Source: an uncultured Phycisphaerales bacterium (GTDB lineage: Bacteria; Planctomycetota; Phycisphaerae; Tepidisphaerales; Tepidisphaeraceae). Taken from it: a stretch of DNA of 64,000 nt. The stretch spans positions 928,001-992,000 of the forward strand of contig CAWJPJ010000007.1 in the NCBI GenBank assembly GCA_963844715.1, read 5' to 3'. Each line of letters begins with the position of its first letter. Position 1 is the stretch's first letter. The notes beneath the pieces are model-generated. The model made no database searches, was not told the DNA's origin, and worked only from the letters and a program-made list of their open reading frames with translations. Below, one piece after another: positions 1 to 14,500 of this stretch. A program made the position numbers and the translations under genes.

Positions 1-3000
1 TTACAACACGGCCACCGCAAATGGCGGCGGAATCTGGGGCTGCCGACGGGGGCATTACCATCACCGCCTCCACAATCAGCGGAAATTCAGCGATTTCCGG
101 CGGGGGGATTGGCTGCTACGACGGCGGCGTCACCGCAATCAATTCCACAATCGCCTACAACGTCGCAACCTATGCCGGCGGCGGCGTCTATATCAATACT
201 GCCCCCTCTTGGGGAATCACCGATTGCACGATTAGCGGTAACACCGCGCCTTCGTCCAAGGGCGGCGGTATCTGTAGTACCGCCAGCCCCGGTTCCTATT
301 TACTGGGGACGATTGTCGCCGGAAATTCCGGCGGGGACCTGGCAGGTACCTTCTACAACGCATGGTCCAACATCATCGGTGACGGCTCCGGTGGGCTATC
401 GTATGGCGAAAACTACCTAGGCGTAAACCCTCTTCTATCACCGCTGGGAAACTTCGGCGGGCCGACTAAGACCATGGCCCTGCTTCCGGGAAGTCCCGCG
501 TTGGACACGGGGGGATATTTCTACTATGCGGATGGCAATCCGATTGCATCTGATCAGCGCGGCATAGATCGGTGGCAGGATTACGGGCCCGACATCGGAG
601 CTTACGAAAGCCAGGGCTTCGACATCACCATCACCGGCGGAAACAATCAAACTGCGCCTCTTAACGACCGGTTTTCGCAAAATCTATCCCTCAACGTTAC
701 GGCAAACGATCCGGATTTAACTCAATCCGACCTCGCCGGCGGAATCGTTACATTTAGCGCCTCCATATTGGGGTCCGTTCGCTACATTCGGCCCGAGCGG
801 ATCTACCGGTTATGCAACTCTGGATTCGTCCGGGCAGCGCAAGCATCTCTGCCACCGCAAACGGAACTGGGGGCGTCTATTCAGTCACCGCTTCCGTCGC
901 GCCATACCCGTGGGAGCCCGCCGACTTTACTCTGGCAAATCTACTATCCGCCCCAACTGATCTAGTCGCGAATTCCGAAAATCAACTCGTATCATTGTAT
1001 TGGGATCCGACTCCGGGCGCAGGCTTCCTACAACGTATACCGATCGAATACCAGCGGCAGCGGCTATACACAGATCAACTCTGCGCCCGTGACCGGAACC
1101 AGTTACTACGACCCAAGTTTGACCAATGGGACGACCTATTACTACGTAGTGACGGCGTATAGCCAATCGGTCGAAAGCCCATATTCCTCGCAAGTCAGCG
1201 GCACTCCGGAGGTTCCGCCTGACCTAGTCGTAACTAGCCTCGCGGATGACGGATCCGCGGGTACGCTTCGCTATGAGACCCAACAAGCTGAATATCTTGC
1301 GGGTGATCAGACGATCGTATTCGCGCCGAGCCTGACCCAAGCCGGTCCGGCGACCCTCGTTTTGAACGGAACTACCCTGAGCATTGATGACCCGAGCGGA
1401 ACGCTGACCATCAACGGACCCAGTGCAAACCTGCTGTCGATAACCCAAGATTGGGGTTCTACTCTCGTTAATGACGCTGGCTCTACGGCGGTGATTCTTG
1501 GGCTCAATGTCACCGGCGTTTGTAACGACGGCAGTTTGACGGTCAGCGATTGCACTATGACCGGCAAAAGCACAAACGCGCTTGACAACTACGACGGCGG
1601 CATACTGAACGTCGACGACTGCACGATCAGCGGAAACAGCACTTGGGATGCGGGAGGAGGTATTTACAGCAACGGAACCCTTACGGTGTCAGACTCGACG
1701 ATCACCGGCAATAGCGTTGGGGGGTCCGGCGGCGGCATCTATGCCAAAGGCACGATCTCCATTGTCAACTCGACCATCACCGGCAATACCGCCGGGGAGT
1801 CCGGGGGCGGCATCTATGCCAATGGCACCATCATCGTGGTCAACTCAACCATCGGCGACAATTACGCCGGGATCAGCGGCGGGGGGATCTACTTAGCGAG
1901 CGGGACGACCGCCGATATCACGGATTGTACGATCAGCGGGAATTCCGCGGGCCTGTCCGCCGGTGGCGTCGATGGAGGCGGCCAACTCTACGGCTCGATC
2001 GTCGCCGGCAATACGAAAGGCGATCTTTACGGCACTTTCACCGGAACGAACAACCTGATTGGCGATGGCACCCGGGGCTTATCGTCGGCAACGAATATCC
2101 TGCCCACCGGTGCGACGCCACTCGATCCGCTCCTCGCTCCCTTGGGAGACTACGGCGGTACCACCGAAACAATGCCGCTCATGCCGGGCAGTCCGGCGAT
2201 CGGACACGGTGAATCCATCAGCGGAATTACCACCGATCAGCGTGGCGCGGTTAGGTCGAGTACCGCTCCCGACATCGGCGCTTTCGAAGGATCCGTATGG
2301 GTCGTCAATACTCTCAACGATCAGGTCGATTCCCTGAGTTCCTCGACCGTCTCCTTGCGCGACGCAATAGACCGCGCAAATTCATCCGATGGTCTTTTTG
2401 CGGTGATCATGTTTGCCTCTTCGCTCACAACGGGCGGCCCCGTAACAATCAATCTCACCGGCGGCATATTGCAAGTGGACAGCTCTGAATCGGTCGCCAT
2501 TGATGGATCGGGCGCGAATCTGCTCACAATTAACGCCGACGGCCACAGCGGAGTCTTTTCCGTCGACGCGGGCGTTTCCGCCCAGATTTCCGGCCTCACA
2601 ATTACGGGCGGCAGCGCCGCCACTGGCGCGGGGATTGACAACGCCGGGAATTTGACCATCTCCAGCTGCTCGATTACCGGCGATTCCGCCAGCGGCAACG
2701 GTGGGGGCATTTATAATTCCGCCGATCTGAACGTCTCCTACTGCACGATTAGCGGCGATTCCTCGGGCTCTGGTGACGGAGGCGGGGTGGATAATGTCGG
2801 CGGCGGCGCCGATATCGGCGAATCCGCCGTTTTCGATGATTCCGCCGCGGATGGTGATGGCGGCGGCCTGGCGAACTTCGCCGGCGGGACTCTATTTATC
2901 ACCAACACGACCGTCGCCGATGATTCCGCCGTCTCGGGCGGCGGGATCGAGAATGACCAGGGCGCCGTCAGTCTGATCGACTCGACGGTAAGCGGCGACA

Positions 3001-5535
3001 CCGCGACCGCCGGCAGCGGGGGAGGCATTGCCATCAACGACGCCACCGGCGCATCGCGCCTATCTTTGCGACGCAATCGTCGCCGCTAATACCAACGGCG
3101 ACTGTTATGGCACTGATTTCAGCGGAACTTTCAATCTAATCGGCATCGGCGGTTCGGGCGGTCTCGTCAACGGCGTCGGTAACAACATTGTCGGCGTTGC
3201 CACCGCCGATTTGCTTTTGGGGAGTCTTGGCAACTACGGCGGCCCAACTGACACCATTCCCCTCCTTCCCAACAGCCCCGCTTATCACAAGGGTGATCCG
3301 CTGGCTGGTATGACCGTCGATCAACGCGGGGAAGCTCGATCCGATCACCCGACGGACATCGGCGCGTTTGAAGGCATCCTGTATGTTGTCGACACCACCG
3401 AAGATAACCCCATCAATGATGGAACACTTTCCCTGCGCGACGCGATTAACGCCGCAAATGCAATCGCGGATAATGCCACGATCACATTCGATCCGACGGT
3501 ATTCACGCCGAACGCGACGCATACGATCGATTTGACCGACGGTGAGTTGGGCGTGGACTCCAACGATCTGATCACCATTGACGGACCTGGCGCAAATGTC
3601 CTAACGATCAATGCCCAGGGGCAGAGCCGTATTTTTTATCTTAGTTACGGAGGTTTTGACGTCGAAGGCGTAACCATCACCGGTGGCAACGCGTCGGTCG
3701 GCGGCGGGATATTCAACTCAAACGGCGATTTAACGGTTACCGACTCGACGATAACCGGCAATTCCGCCACGACTATCGGCGGCGGAATCTACAGCGGCAA
3801 AGATCTCGATGTCGTCGACAGTTCCATTAGTGCCAATTCCGCGTCCTACGGGGGCGGGATCGCCACCGCGCCCCATTATTTCGACTTCGACAGATCCGGC
3901 CGTGTCACAATTCAAGGCTCGACACTCACGGGCAACATCGCCTCCGAAAGTGGGGGCGCTCTTTACCTCGCCCAGGTCAGCTCAATTCAGAATTCCACGA
4001 TCTACGATAACGTCGCATCATCTGGCGGCGGTGGCGGCGTGTACGTCTACGGCGGGGTGAATTTCGACAGTACCGATTGCACAATCAGCGGAAATTCGGC
4101 ATCGACTGGCGCCGGTATCGATGGCGGCGGAACCCTCTACGGAACGCTCATCGCCGGAAATCCCGGCGGCGATTTGTCAGGCTCGTTTGCCGGCTTCGAT
4201 AACCTCGTCGGCGATGGCAGCGGAGGCCTGGCAAGCGACGCAAATATCTTGCCGACCGGGTCGATGCCGATCGATCCGCTCCTCGCTCCCATCGGCAACT
4301 ACGGTGGTCCCACCGATACAATGCCTCTTCTCCCTGGTAGCCCCGCCATCGATCAGGGCGTTGCGGCCGCGAACTTAGTCACCGATCAGCGCGGCGAAGA
4401 TCGATCATCCGCCTCCCCTGACATCGGGGCGTTCGCTGGAATTCTGTATCAGGTGAACACCCTCGCCGATCAGACTGATTCATCGGGTTCATCAACTGTC
4501 TCTCTCCGCGACGCCATCAATCGCGCCAATGCATCGGGCGACGATGCCACGATTACCTTTGATCCGACGCTATTCGCTTCCGGCTCATCCGCGACGATGA
4601 CACTCTCCGAGCCGCTGGAACTGAACAACGACTCCGGCACGGAGACCATCGTGGGGCCGGGCGCCGGAACGCTGGAGATCAGCGGCGGAAATACAAACCG
4701 AATCTTCACCATCGACGCCGGCTCGACCGTCGCAATATCCGGTCTCACCCTCGGCGGTGGACTCGCTACCGTCGTCGACGGACTAGCCACCGTGGGCGGT
4801 GCGATCGACAACGGCGGTTCCCTTACGGTGACGGATTCGGTGGTCAGTGGCAACACCGCCAGCGGGAATGGCGGCGGGATTTACAACAGCAGTACCGGCG
4901 CGCTCGATGTCATCGGAACCACGATCAACAATAATATTTCCGGTCAGGACGGGGGCGGGATTTCCAGTCAAGGCGCGGCTGGCATCTACGACTCCACCAT
5001 CGCAGGCAACTCGGCGGAAACCTACGGGGGCGGCGTCTTTGCCGACGGCGCACTTAGGGTTACCAACTCCACCCTTTACGGCAATTCCGCCCAGGAAAAG
5101 GGCGGCGGAATATATACGGGCGACCCCTCACAATTCACGATTACCGACAGCACCCTCAGCGCGAACACGTCCACAACGGGCGGCGGCATATTCGGCGGCG
5201 GAACCATTTCGGGCACGATTGTCGCGAACGACAGCGGCCACGATTTGGCAGGCGCGTTTCAGGGAACCTATGACTTAATCGGCGACGGCTCCGGCGGGTT
5301 ATCAGCGGGCTCCGGCAACATCCTTGGGACTACGGGGACTCCGATCAACCCGCTCTTAGAGCCATTGGCCAACAATGGCGGCCCCACTGAGACGATGGCG
5401 CTTTCGCCCGAAAGCCCGGCAATATCAGCAGGCGCGGTTTTCAATGGGCCTGATGGCGATCCGATCACCGCCGACGAGCGCTCAATTAGCCGGCCGCAAG
5501 TCATGACGCCGGATATTGGGGCTTACGAGACTTTC
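1..5535 (+). repeat. Pmp-type beta-helix (GGGIY / STISGN) repeats with choice-of-anchor-Q-like motifs, plus one FN3
   Basis: Recurring GGGIY and STITGNSA; four copies of LxPLGNxGGPTxTMxLLPGSPA...TDQRG...PDIGAFE; CSLREA-like SLRDAI motifs; FN3-like segment (LTNGTTYYYVVTAY) at about 950-1215. Confidence 0.85.
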
Positions 5536-8500
5536 GACGGTACCGGTTTGGATGGTCAATATTTCACAACCACCAGTCTTATCGGTCTGAGTTTCACGCG
5601 CACGGACCCGACGGTTGATTTTAACTGGAGTAGCGCCTCCCCGGATTCTGCCATTCCGCAAACGTACTATTCGGTGCGGTGGACCGGACAGGTTCAAGCG
5701 CTCTTTACGCAAACCTACACGTTTTATATAAACGCGGATGACGGCGCGCGTCTGTGGGTTGATGGAAAAGAATTGGTCAATGATTGGACTGACGCTGATT
5801 TGACCACGGACACTGGCACGATTTCCCTCGTGGCGGGCCAAAAATATGACATCGAGATGGACTACTACCAACTCGCGGGCAATGCCTTAGCCCAATTGGC
5901 CTGGTCCAGTCCCGGCCAGGTGGAGGAGATAATACCCGAAGCGGCTCTTTATCCGGTTGATTTACCGCCGCCTCCGCCGGTGCCTGTTTCGGCACAGGGA
6001 GTGGGATCAAACGAAGTCGATCTTCAGTGGACCGATTACTCCGCTGGGCAGGCACAATACATCGTCGAGCGGTCGCAAGGCGCTGGCAACACCGATTACC
6101 AGCAAATCGCGCGTCCTTCCCGCGGGAACCACGACCTATTACGACATCGGTCTGACTCCGGGCGACACCTATAACTATGTGGTTTTGGCGAGCGATTCGG
6201 AGGGCAACTCGCTTGCCCCCCCGGTGCAGACCGTTGAATTGCCCGCGTTGCCGTCAGCGGATGTCGCGCCGTTGATTACTCCGGAAACCGACGACTCGAC
6301 TACGACCGGATCAGACTTGTGGGTCGGCATGCAGTTCACTACGGGGAACTATGCGTTAACGGTGACGGCACTGGGCCGCTACGTCATATCCGGGGACACA
6401 GACGTCGATGAAGTCTATCTGATCGACAATAATCCAGCCCCCGGCGTCACACCTGTATGGGTGGACGTCGACACATCAGAGGGGACGCCCGGGCAATTCG
6501 TCTACACGCAACTGCCTTCACCGGTTACCCTTCTTCCCAATCACGTTTATGACCTCGTTACTTATGATCCCGAGCATCATGACGCATACTATGAAAGCCA
6601 TTCGACCGCTACCGCAGGTGGTGACGTCACGCTCGACGGGGAGCTCTGGGGGTTTGACGAGGAGGGATTTCAGGGCGACGTTTCTACTCTTAACGGAGGA
6701 GAAACGTACGGTTTCGTCAATCTTGAATATTCCACTGCCATACCCGCCGCGCCGAGCGGGCTGACTGCAACTGCCGGTGTGGGCGGCGTTTACTTGACCT
6801 GGAACTCGGATGACACCACCAATGTGGGCGGGTTCGAAATCGAGCGAAAGGATGGGGCCAACGGCACCTACAACGTCATCACCCCGCCGATTTCCGATTC
6901 GAGCGCTACCTCCTATTTCGATGAGAACCTGACTCCCGGAACGGATTATTATTATCAAATTTGCGCAAGTGGACTTACGGCCGATTCCGGTTTTTCAAAT
7001 GTAGCGGACGCCGTCCCAACCGCCGCGCCGCTTCCATACAGCGATGATTTCGATCGCGCCGACAGCACGGGTCTCGGTGATGGGTGGTACCAGTTGCCCG
7101 ATGAGGCTCCCAACGACTGGAATATCTCAAACGATGAAGCGGTTTCGACCGGCGGTCCTGGCAACAACACGTTTTCAATCGTCAATGGACTCAGCGCGAC
7201 CGATGTGGAAGTCACCGCCACGTTGACGCCGGGCGGAGGCATCGCTACCGCCGCCGGGTTGACCGCCGCACATGACGAGTGAGGGAGGATATATCGCGGA
7301 CCTCAGCAATCAGTATGGCGGATACGGCGCTGAAATTTGGAAGATCGTAAATGGGCAAAAGACAACCATCGCTACAGGGGGTTTTTCCTATGTACCGGGG
7401 CCGCTGGCATTGGAGTTCCAAATTGTCGGCGATGAGTTGGGGTTCTATGTCAATGGCAATTTGATTGCTACCGGCGTCGATTCGACATTCACTGGACCGG
7501 GAACCGTCGGACTTTGGGCCAACGGCGGCAGCGAAACGATGCAGGACTTTTCCGCGCAGATATCAGAACCGCCCGCGCCGACATACTCGGGGTTACCTTT
7601 CAACGACGACTTCGGTCGTCCGGACAGTCTGTTCGTAGGAACCAACTGGACGGTCCAGCAGGGCCTGTTCGCCATTATCGACGACCATGCTGAAAACATC
7701 GCTAATTCCTATTCTATCATGATGGCCAACGGCCCTAGCCCCAGCGATGTAATTTTGAGCGGCGACGTCAACGTCAACGGCGGATGGCTATTCGGCGGGG
7801 ACGTTGCCGGGCTCATGGCGCGAATGAACGGCAACACCGGTTACATGGGTGAACTCTCTAACGAAAACGGCACGGTCTATGCCGTAATTCTCCGCGACGA
7901 CGATGGAACCTGGGTGACCCTGGATTCCCGGTCGGTCTCGTCAGGCAACGGTACCCTGCGTTTCGAGGTTCAAGGCTCCAGCCTTGACCTTTATTTGAAC
8001 GGCGCTCCGGTCGCGCAAGCCACCGACGGCACCTACACCGGCACGGGTCGATTGGATTCACGGGCGGGCCTCAACAATATGTTGTCACGCTCACCAACTT
8101 TTCCGCCATCGCTCCCGATCTCCTCACGGCCGCAAACGCTTCCCTCCCGTTCAGCGATAATTTCAACCGACCCGACAACAGCCAAATTTCACAGTATTGG
8201 ACCGTGGTCTCCGGCAACGCCGCGGTCGGCAATGAGTTGTTCGCGGGCAATGGCGAGCTCATGACTCTCGATCAGGGATCGAGCGAGGCCATCGTCAACG
8301 GCCTCTCCGCCTCAGACGTCGAAGTTACGGCCGACATCAATATGAATTTCGGCGGTTCGACGGTCGGGCTCGATGCCCGAGTGAACGGAGATACCGAATA
8401 CCGCGGAGAGATTATCTGGAGTTCTAGTTACGGCTACACCGCCGAAATCCTCAGCGAAATAGACGGAGTTTGGACGACTCTCGACGCGCGACTTTGGAAT

Positions 8501-11500
8501 TGGCCGATCGATGCAAATCTTCGTCCGACCGATCTCGGACTGGGAAATTTGAGATTCGAAGTCGACGGCTCGCAACTGGGGCTCTATCTGGGCAATCAAT
8601 TGGTCGCTGCCGCGATTGACGGCAGTATCACGGCGCCTGGAACCGTCGGAGTGTACGGGGATGGAACTGTGGCCGTGGATAATTTCACGGCCAGCGCATA
8701 TGTGCCGCCCACGCCGCTATACGCAATTCTCACCACCTCAAGCCCCTTCAACGACAATTTTGGTCGCGCGGACAACGCCATTTTCCTGGGCGATCCCGAC
8801 GACCAGGACTGGACCCAGCAGACCGGCGGCATGGCGATTCTCGATCAGCAGCTTGCCGCGATGGCAAGCGGTACTTCTATCGCCACGCTCACGGGGATCT
8901 CCGAGTCCGACGTTATCGTCATCGGCCAAGTCACTCTTTCGCCGAACACATACTCGAACCAGTCCATGGGCTTGGTCGCGCGGTACAGCGGCTCCGGCGA
9001 CAACGCGAGCTATTATCAGGGCGAGCTGACTAGTGATACGAGCGGCGATGTAGTCGCGCAAATTTGGGCAATCGTCAACGGTGTGGCTACGACCAGCATG
9101 CCATTGGCCAGTGCCACCGTCGCGGCGTCGTCGGGCGAGTTGCGTTTTGAGGTTATCGGGTCGCAACTGCAACTCTTCTTGAACGATGTGATGGTTGCCA
9201 GTGCGACCGATGCGACCATAACCGCCGCGGGGATGGTTGGGGCGGCCGGCTCGGGCGGAGTCCCGGTGGATTATCTCGGAAATCCATACGCAACCGTCTA
9301 CACACCACCCACATTGGGCGATTTCGAAGCTCAGCTGCCCCAAGCCGTCGCAAATTCCTGGCTTTCGCTGCCTACCCAGACCAGCGGCTTGTCCATAAAC
9401 TATTGGACCCCGGGGAGCTTTTTGAGCGACGTCCAATCCGGCGATTTCAACGGCGACGGCAAGAGCGACTTCGTGGGTCTCGATCCCGCGACCGGCAATC
9501 TAGTCGTCGGATTATCGAACGGCACGACGGGGTTCACCACCCAGGTTTGGGGAAGTCTGTCGACGTCGACGACCTGGTCGAACGTGGTGACCGGCGATTT
9601 TTCCGGAAATGGACTCACCGATGTCGCGGCCTATGATGCGGCCACCGGTCAATGGACCGTCGCGGCTTCCAGCGGGTCCTCGTTTACCACAAGCGTATGG
9701 GCCACGTGGAACCCCGAAGACAGTTATCAGGACGTACAAGTTGGCGATTTTAACGGCGACGGGCGCGTGGATCTTGCCGCCTGGGATGTCACCACAGGAA
9801 CCTGGCAAGTTGCCATTTCCAACGGAAGCTCTTTCACAACGTCAAGCTGGGGCGAAGGCACCGCCGGCGCAAATTGGCAGTTCGTTGTAGTCGGAGACGT
9901 CAACGGCGACGGCCGCTCCGATTTAGCGGCGCTGGACCCCACGACCGGGCATTGGCACGTCGAGCAGTCTACCGGCACGAGCTTTATCGATTCCGTTTGG
10001 TCTACCGCCAATTCTTCCGACTGGACCTCGGCCCAAGCCGGAGACTTTACCGGGAACGGCCTGACCGACCTCATCGGCACAGTCGCCGGCAATCCTGCCT
10101 GGCAGGTGGCGCTTTCGACGGGCACTGGCTTCACAATCTCAAGCTGGGGCGATCAGGCGGAAAATCTGACCAACGTGGTCGTGGCCGATTTTGACGGCGA
10201 CGGCAAGGCAGATCTCGCCGGCGAAGTCGCCGGCACCAATGACTGGCGCCAGGAAATCTCCACCGGCTCGGGTTTCACCGACGCCGATTGGTTCTATTCC
10301 TCTGCCGCCGTTCAGATTCTGGGCGCCATAGCCGGGAACACGCTCGGACTAACGCTCGCGGCTGCAAAGGATTTCGAAACGGTCTATAACACCATTCAAT
10401 ACCAGCCCTACGCCGGCGAAATGAAAGGGCCGCTGGCAACGGAAGAGAGCGGCGCAGGCAACGATTGGGATCAGGATGCCCTCCTTTCGCAACTGCTCAA
10501 CGAAGACGGCATCCAGACCAGGTACGTGTATGGCGTGGTCGAGGCACCTGCGACCGAAGTCGAAAACTGGCTGGCCGTAAAGGATGATACCGCCGCCGAG
10601 ACGGTTCTAAACGACGCCGGCTTAAACGCGACAATTGTTCTCGCCGATGGCTCCATCCCCGAACAAATCCAATTCGACCACGCCTGGATCGAGGCCTATC
10701 TGCCTGGTCCAAATGGGCTCTATTGGTATGCGATGGATCCCTCCTTCAAGCTCAATACGATTCAGCCGGGCATCGCCGGACTCGCCACCAACGAAGCGTC
10801 GGAATTCAATCAGCTCACGTATCTTTCCGCTGAAACGAGCGAATCGCCGATCGAGTCGTACGAAGACCAGATAGTCCAATACTTACAGGAACACGACGCA
10901 ACGCAGTCGATCGCCGAGGTTCCCTACAGCGGAACGAACATCGCCAAACAATTTGCGACGATTCCTCCCTCCCTGCCCTACACCGTCGTAAGCAGCCAAA
11001 CCCCGACGACTTCAATCCCCTGGTCGATGCAGGAACGAATCGTCATCAACGTTCAGGACGGCACGTGGGTCGGCGGCGGGTCGCTCTTCTTGCCCGACGT
11101 CGAATTTACCTACGAATTCTCTCTCCCGCAGGTATCGCTCGATACGATCATGCTCACCTATACGTCGATCGGCGGGGGGCTCTATTTGCCAGAGCTGCGC
11201 CTCAACGGTGTCACCGTCGCCTCAGGGCTCGAAGCCTGCGGCTTGTGGCCTCCATCATTTAACAACGGCATACAAATCGAGATCGATTCTTTTAATGCCG
11301 GTAACACAACCGATACGCAAGGCAACTACGCACCCGACGGTGCCCCCACGTATATCAACAGCCCGGGCGTTCCCGTCGCCATCGGCATCGATGTCGATCA
11401 GTTCTCCGAGGCTTCCCTCATCGCCTTGCAAGGCAAGGTCAACGCCGACAGCCTCGCCTACGAAACGGGCGAAACCACCGACCCCATGCCCGCCTTTTAC

Positions 11501-14500
11501 GACGGCATGTCCCTGGCGATGACGCAGTATCTCTATTCTGTCGATCAATCCGACCAAGTTATCGCCGGCCTGAATGGACTGATCGATATTCACAGCGGCG
11601 TCGGCACCGGCACGCTCGCCTCCGATCCCACCAACGGCCAAATCCAATATAACTGGGGCAACCCGGTCCCCATCGCCTCGGTCAACACCTCCTTCAACGT
11701 CGGCGGCGGCGGCCAGACCTTCGATCTCAATTATACGCCCGCCACCGGAAGCACCGCCCTCCACGACACCCTGCTGGAAACTTACGAACTCATGGCCTTG
11801 AACAACTCCGATTTCGAATCGCGCAGCCTTAGAAACCGTATTCAACGGCGTCGCCGTCTCGGCTGTCAATGGAATCCAATACGCCAACGCCAGCGGCAGC
11901 GACAACACCGTCATCACCATCGCCCCCGATGACGACGCAGCGGTGAATGGCCTGAATATTTCCTCGCAGGACAAGGGCTACATCCAGCAGTTCGTCGATG
12001 GCGGCGACACTGTCATCGTCCCTGAAAACATACTTAACATCGGCGACTTTTCCGGAGTCGTCTTCATTTACGAGAATATCGGCCCGGACACGTTCTCCGA
12101 AGGCGATGGCGTTTTGGGAGGGGATACGCCTACGCATGGGGCTTATCTGGTATCGATCGTGAATGCAATTATTCACGCGGTGGTTCCTGGTCAAACAAAC
12201 TCCGGTGACCCCGTCAATCTTGGGAGCGGCTCGTTCGTCCGAACGGAAACGGATATCTCCGTACCGAATGTCGGGCTGCCGTTGGATTTTGTCCGATACT
12301 ATGTCTCCGGAAGAACAGCAGACGATGGCTTTGGAGCGGGCTGGACTGATACGTACAGCGATACCATGGTCACTCAAATGGGCGGAGATGTCCTCTGGAC
12401 CGACTCTCAAGGAAACCAGTGGACTTTCACGCCGAATGGCGGCGGATACACGGATCCGGCCGGAATTTTCGGCGCCCTGACCATGGGAACCGACGGATTT
12501 ATCTACACCGATACCGACGGTACCGCGCTATTTCAATTCCAGCGGCCAACTTGAGAAAATCGAGGATCGGAACGGCAATGCGCTCGACATTACGTACGCC
12601 GATGGCTTGATCGCGGAGGTTTACGATAACGCCGATCCCTCCAGAAGCCTCGCCTTCACTGCTACCGACGGCCATATCACGTCGATCACCGACTTCACGG
12701 GCCGTACCTGGAGCTATACGTATGCGACGGCCGCCAATCCAAATACGGATGAGACCACGTATTTCCTGGCTTCTGTAACGACCCCGTCCGATGACAGTAC
12801 CCCCGCGAATACGCTTTCCTATACCTACAGCACGTCCGCGCCCCTGTTCGGTTTGATGACGGCCATCACCGAGTCATCGGACAGCAAGTCAATCCAAGTC
12901 GGCTACTATCCCAACGGGCAGGTCTTCAGCGTTACCGACCCGGAAGGCAACGTACAATATTTCTTCTATGACTCGGCCCACAATTCGGCCACATATGTCA
13001 ACGGAGATGATCAGGCCACCGTCAGCGAATTCGATTCAAACGGCTTCACGATCAAGCAGATCAATCCCGATCTCACCCAAGTTAAATCCACCTATTCCAC
13101 CAGCGATGAACTCCTTTCGCAGACCAATGCGATGGGCCAGACCGAAACCTTTACCTACGATTCCAACGGCAACATCACCGCGTCCACCGCTTTCGACGGC
13201 GTCACCACGGATGCCACTTACAACTCGTTTGCCGAGCCGATCGAGGTGACTCTCCCTGGCAGTCGCATCACCACCTACACTTACGATTCCAACGGCAACA
13301 TGCTCTCCATGACGGACGCCGTGGGAGACGAAACCACATTCACTTATTATTCCGACGGACTGGCGGAGACCGTCACCGCGCCCAACGGAAACGTCTCCGG
13401 CGCGATACCCGCCGATTTTACCACCACGTACACCTACAATGCCGCGGGGCAGGTCCTCACCACCACCACTGGCCTGCCGTCGGCCGCGGTCATCGTTAAC
13501 ACCTACGACGATCAGGGCGACCTGACCAGCACGGCTCACGTCGTCGGTAATACCACGTCGTTTCTCACTTCGTATGCCTACAACCTCTTGGGCCAGCTCC
13601 TCTCCATCACCGGCCCTAATCCAGACGTCAACGGCGTCACCGGCGAATCTCAGGCCGTCTCGTCCGTGACATACGTCCCTTCCGAAGATGAGACGATCAC
13701 GACCGACCCCAATGGCAATTCCACGGAAACGTTCCTCAACGGAAACAATCAAGTTGTCAAGGTTGTGAATCCCGACGGGTCCTTCGTCACCTACGCGTAC
13801 GATGCGGCCGGAAACCTGGTCGCCATGACGGATGCGCGGGAACACGACGAAGTACGTCTACAATTCCATGGGGCAATTGATTCAAACTCTGAACCCCGAC
13901 CCCGCGCACGGGACAGGCGGGAACCTCGACTTCGTCGACGTATAATGCGGACGGCCAGGTCACCAGCACGACCGACGCTGATGGGAACACAACCTCTTAT
14001 ACCTATCAATCCAACGACTGGCTTGCATCGGTCACCGACCCAGATAGCGGCGTCACCACCTACACATATGACTCGCTCGGCGACGTGGCCGGTGTTACCG
14101 ATCCCGATGGGAACGTTACCTCTTACACCTACGACGACGATGGCCGGGTTCTGACCAAAACGGTCGGCTCAAGCATCTGGACCTACTCCTACGACGCGGA
14201 TGGCAATCTGGCCTCGACAACCGACGCCGATGGTCGCACGATCGACTACGTCTACGACTCGCTGGACCGCCTCACGCAGGAAAACTGGATGGGGTCCGGC
14301 GACTCGATCGTCAACAGCATCGACTACACCTACAACGCCGACGGGCAGGTCACCAGCGCTAGCGACGATCAAAGCGCCGAGTCCTACACGTACGACGGGG
14401 ACGGAAACGTCTCGTCGGTCAGCAACTCCGGAACGCCGGATGCGCCCACTGTCGTCGAGAATGAGCTTTATGACCCCGATGGCAATCTGCTTTCGCTTTC

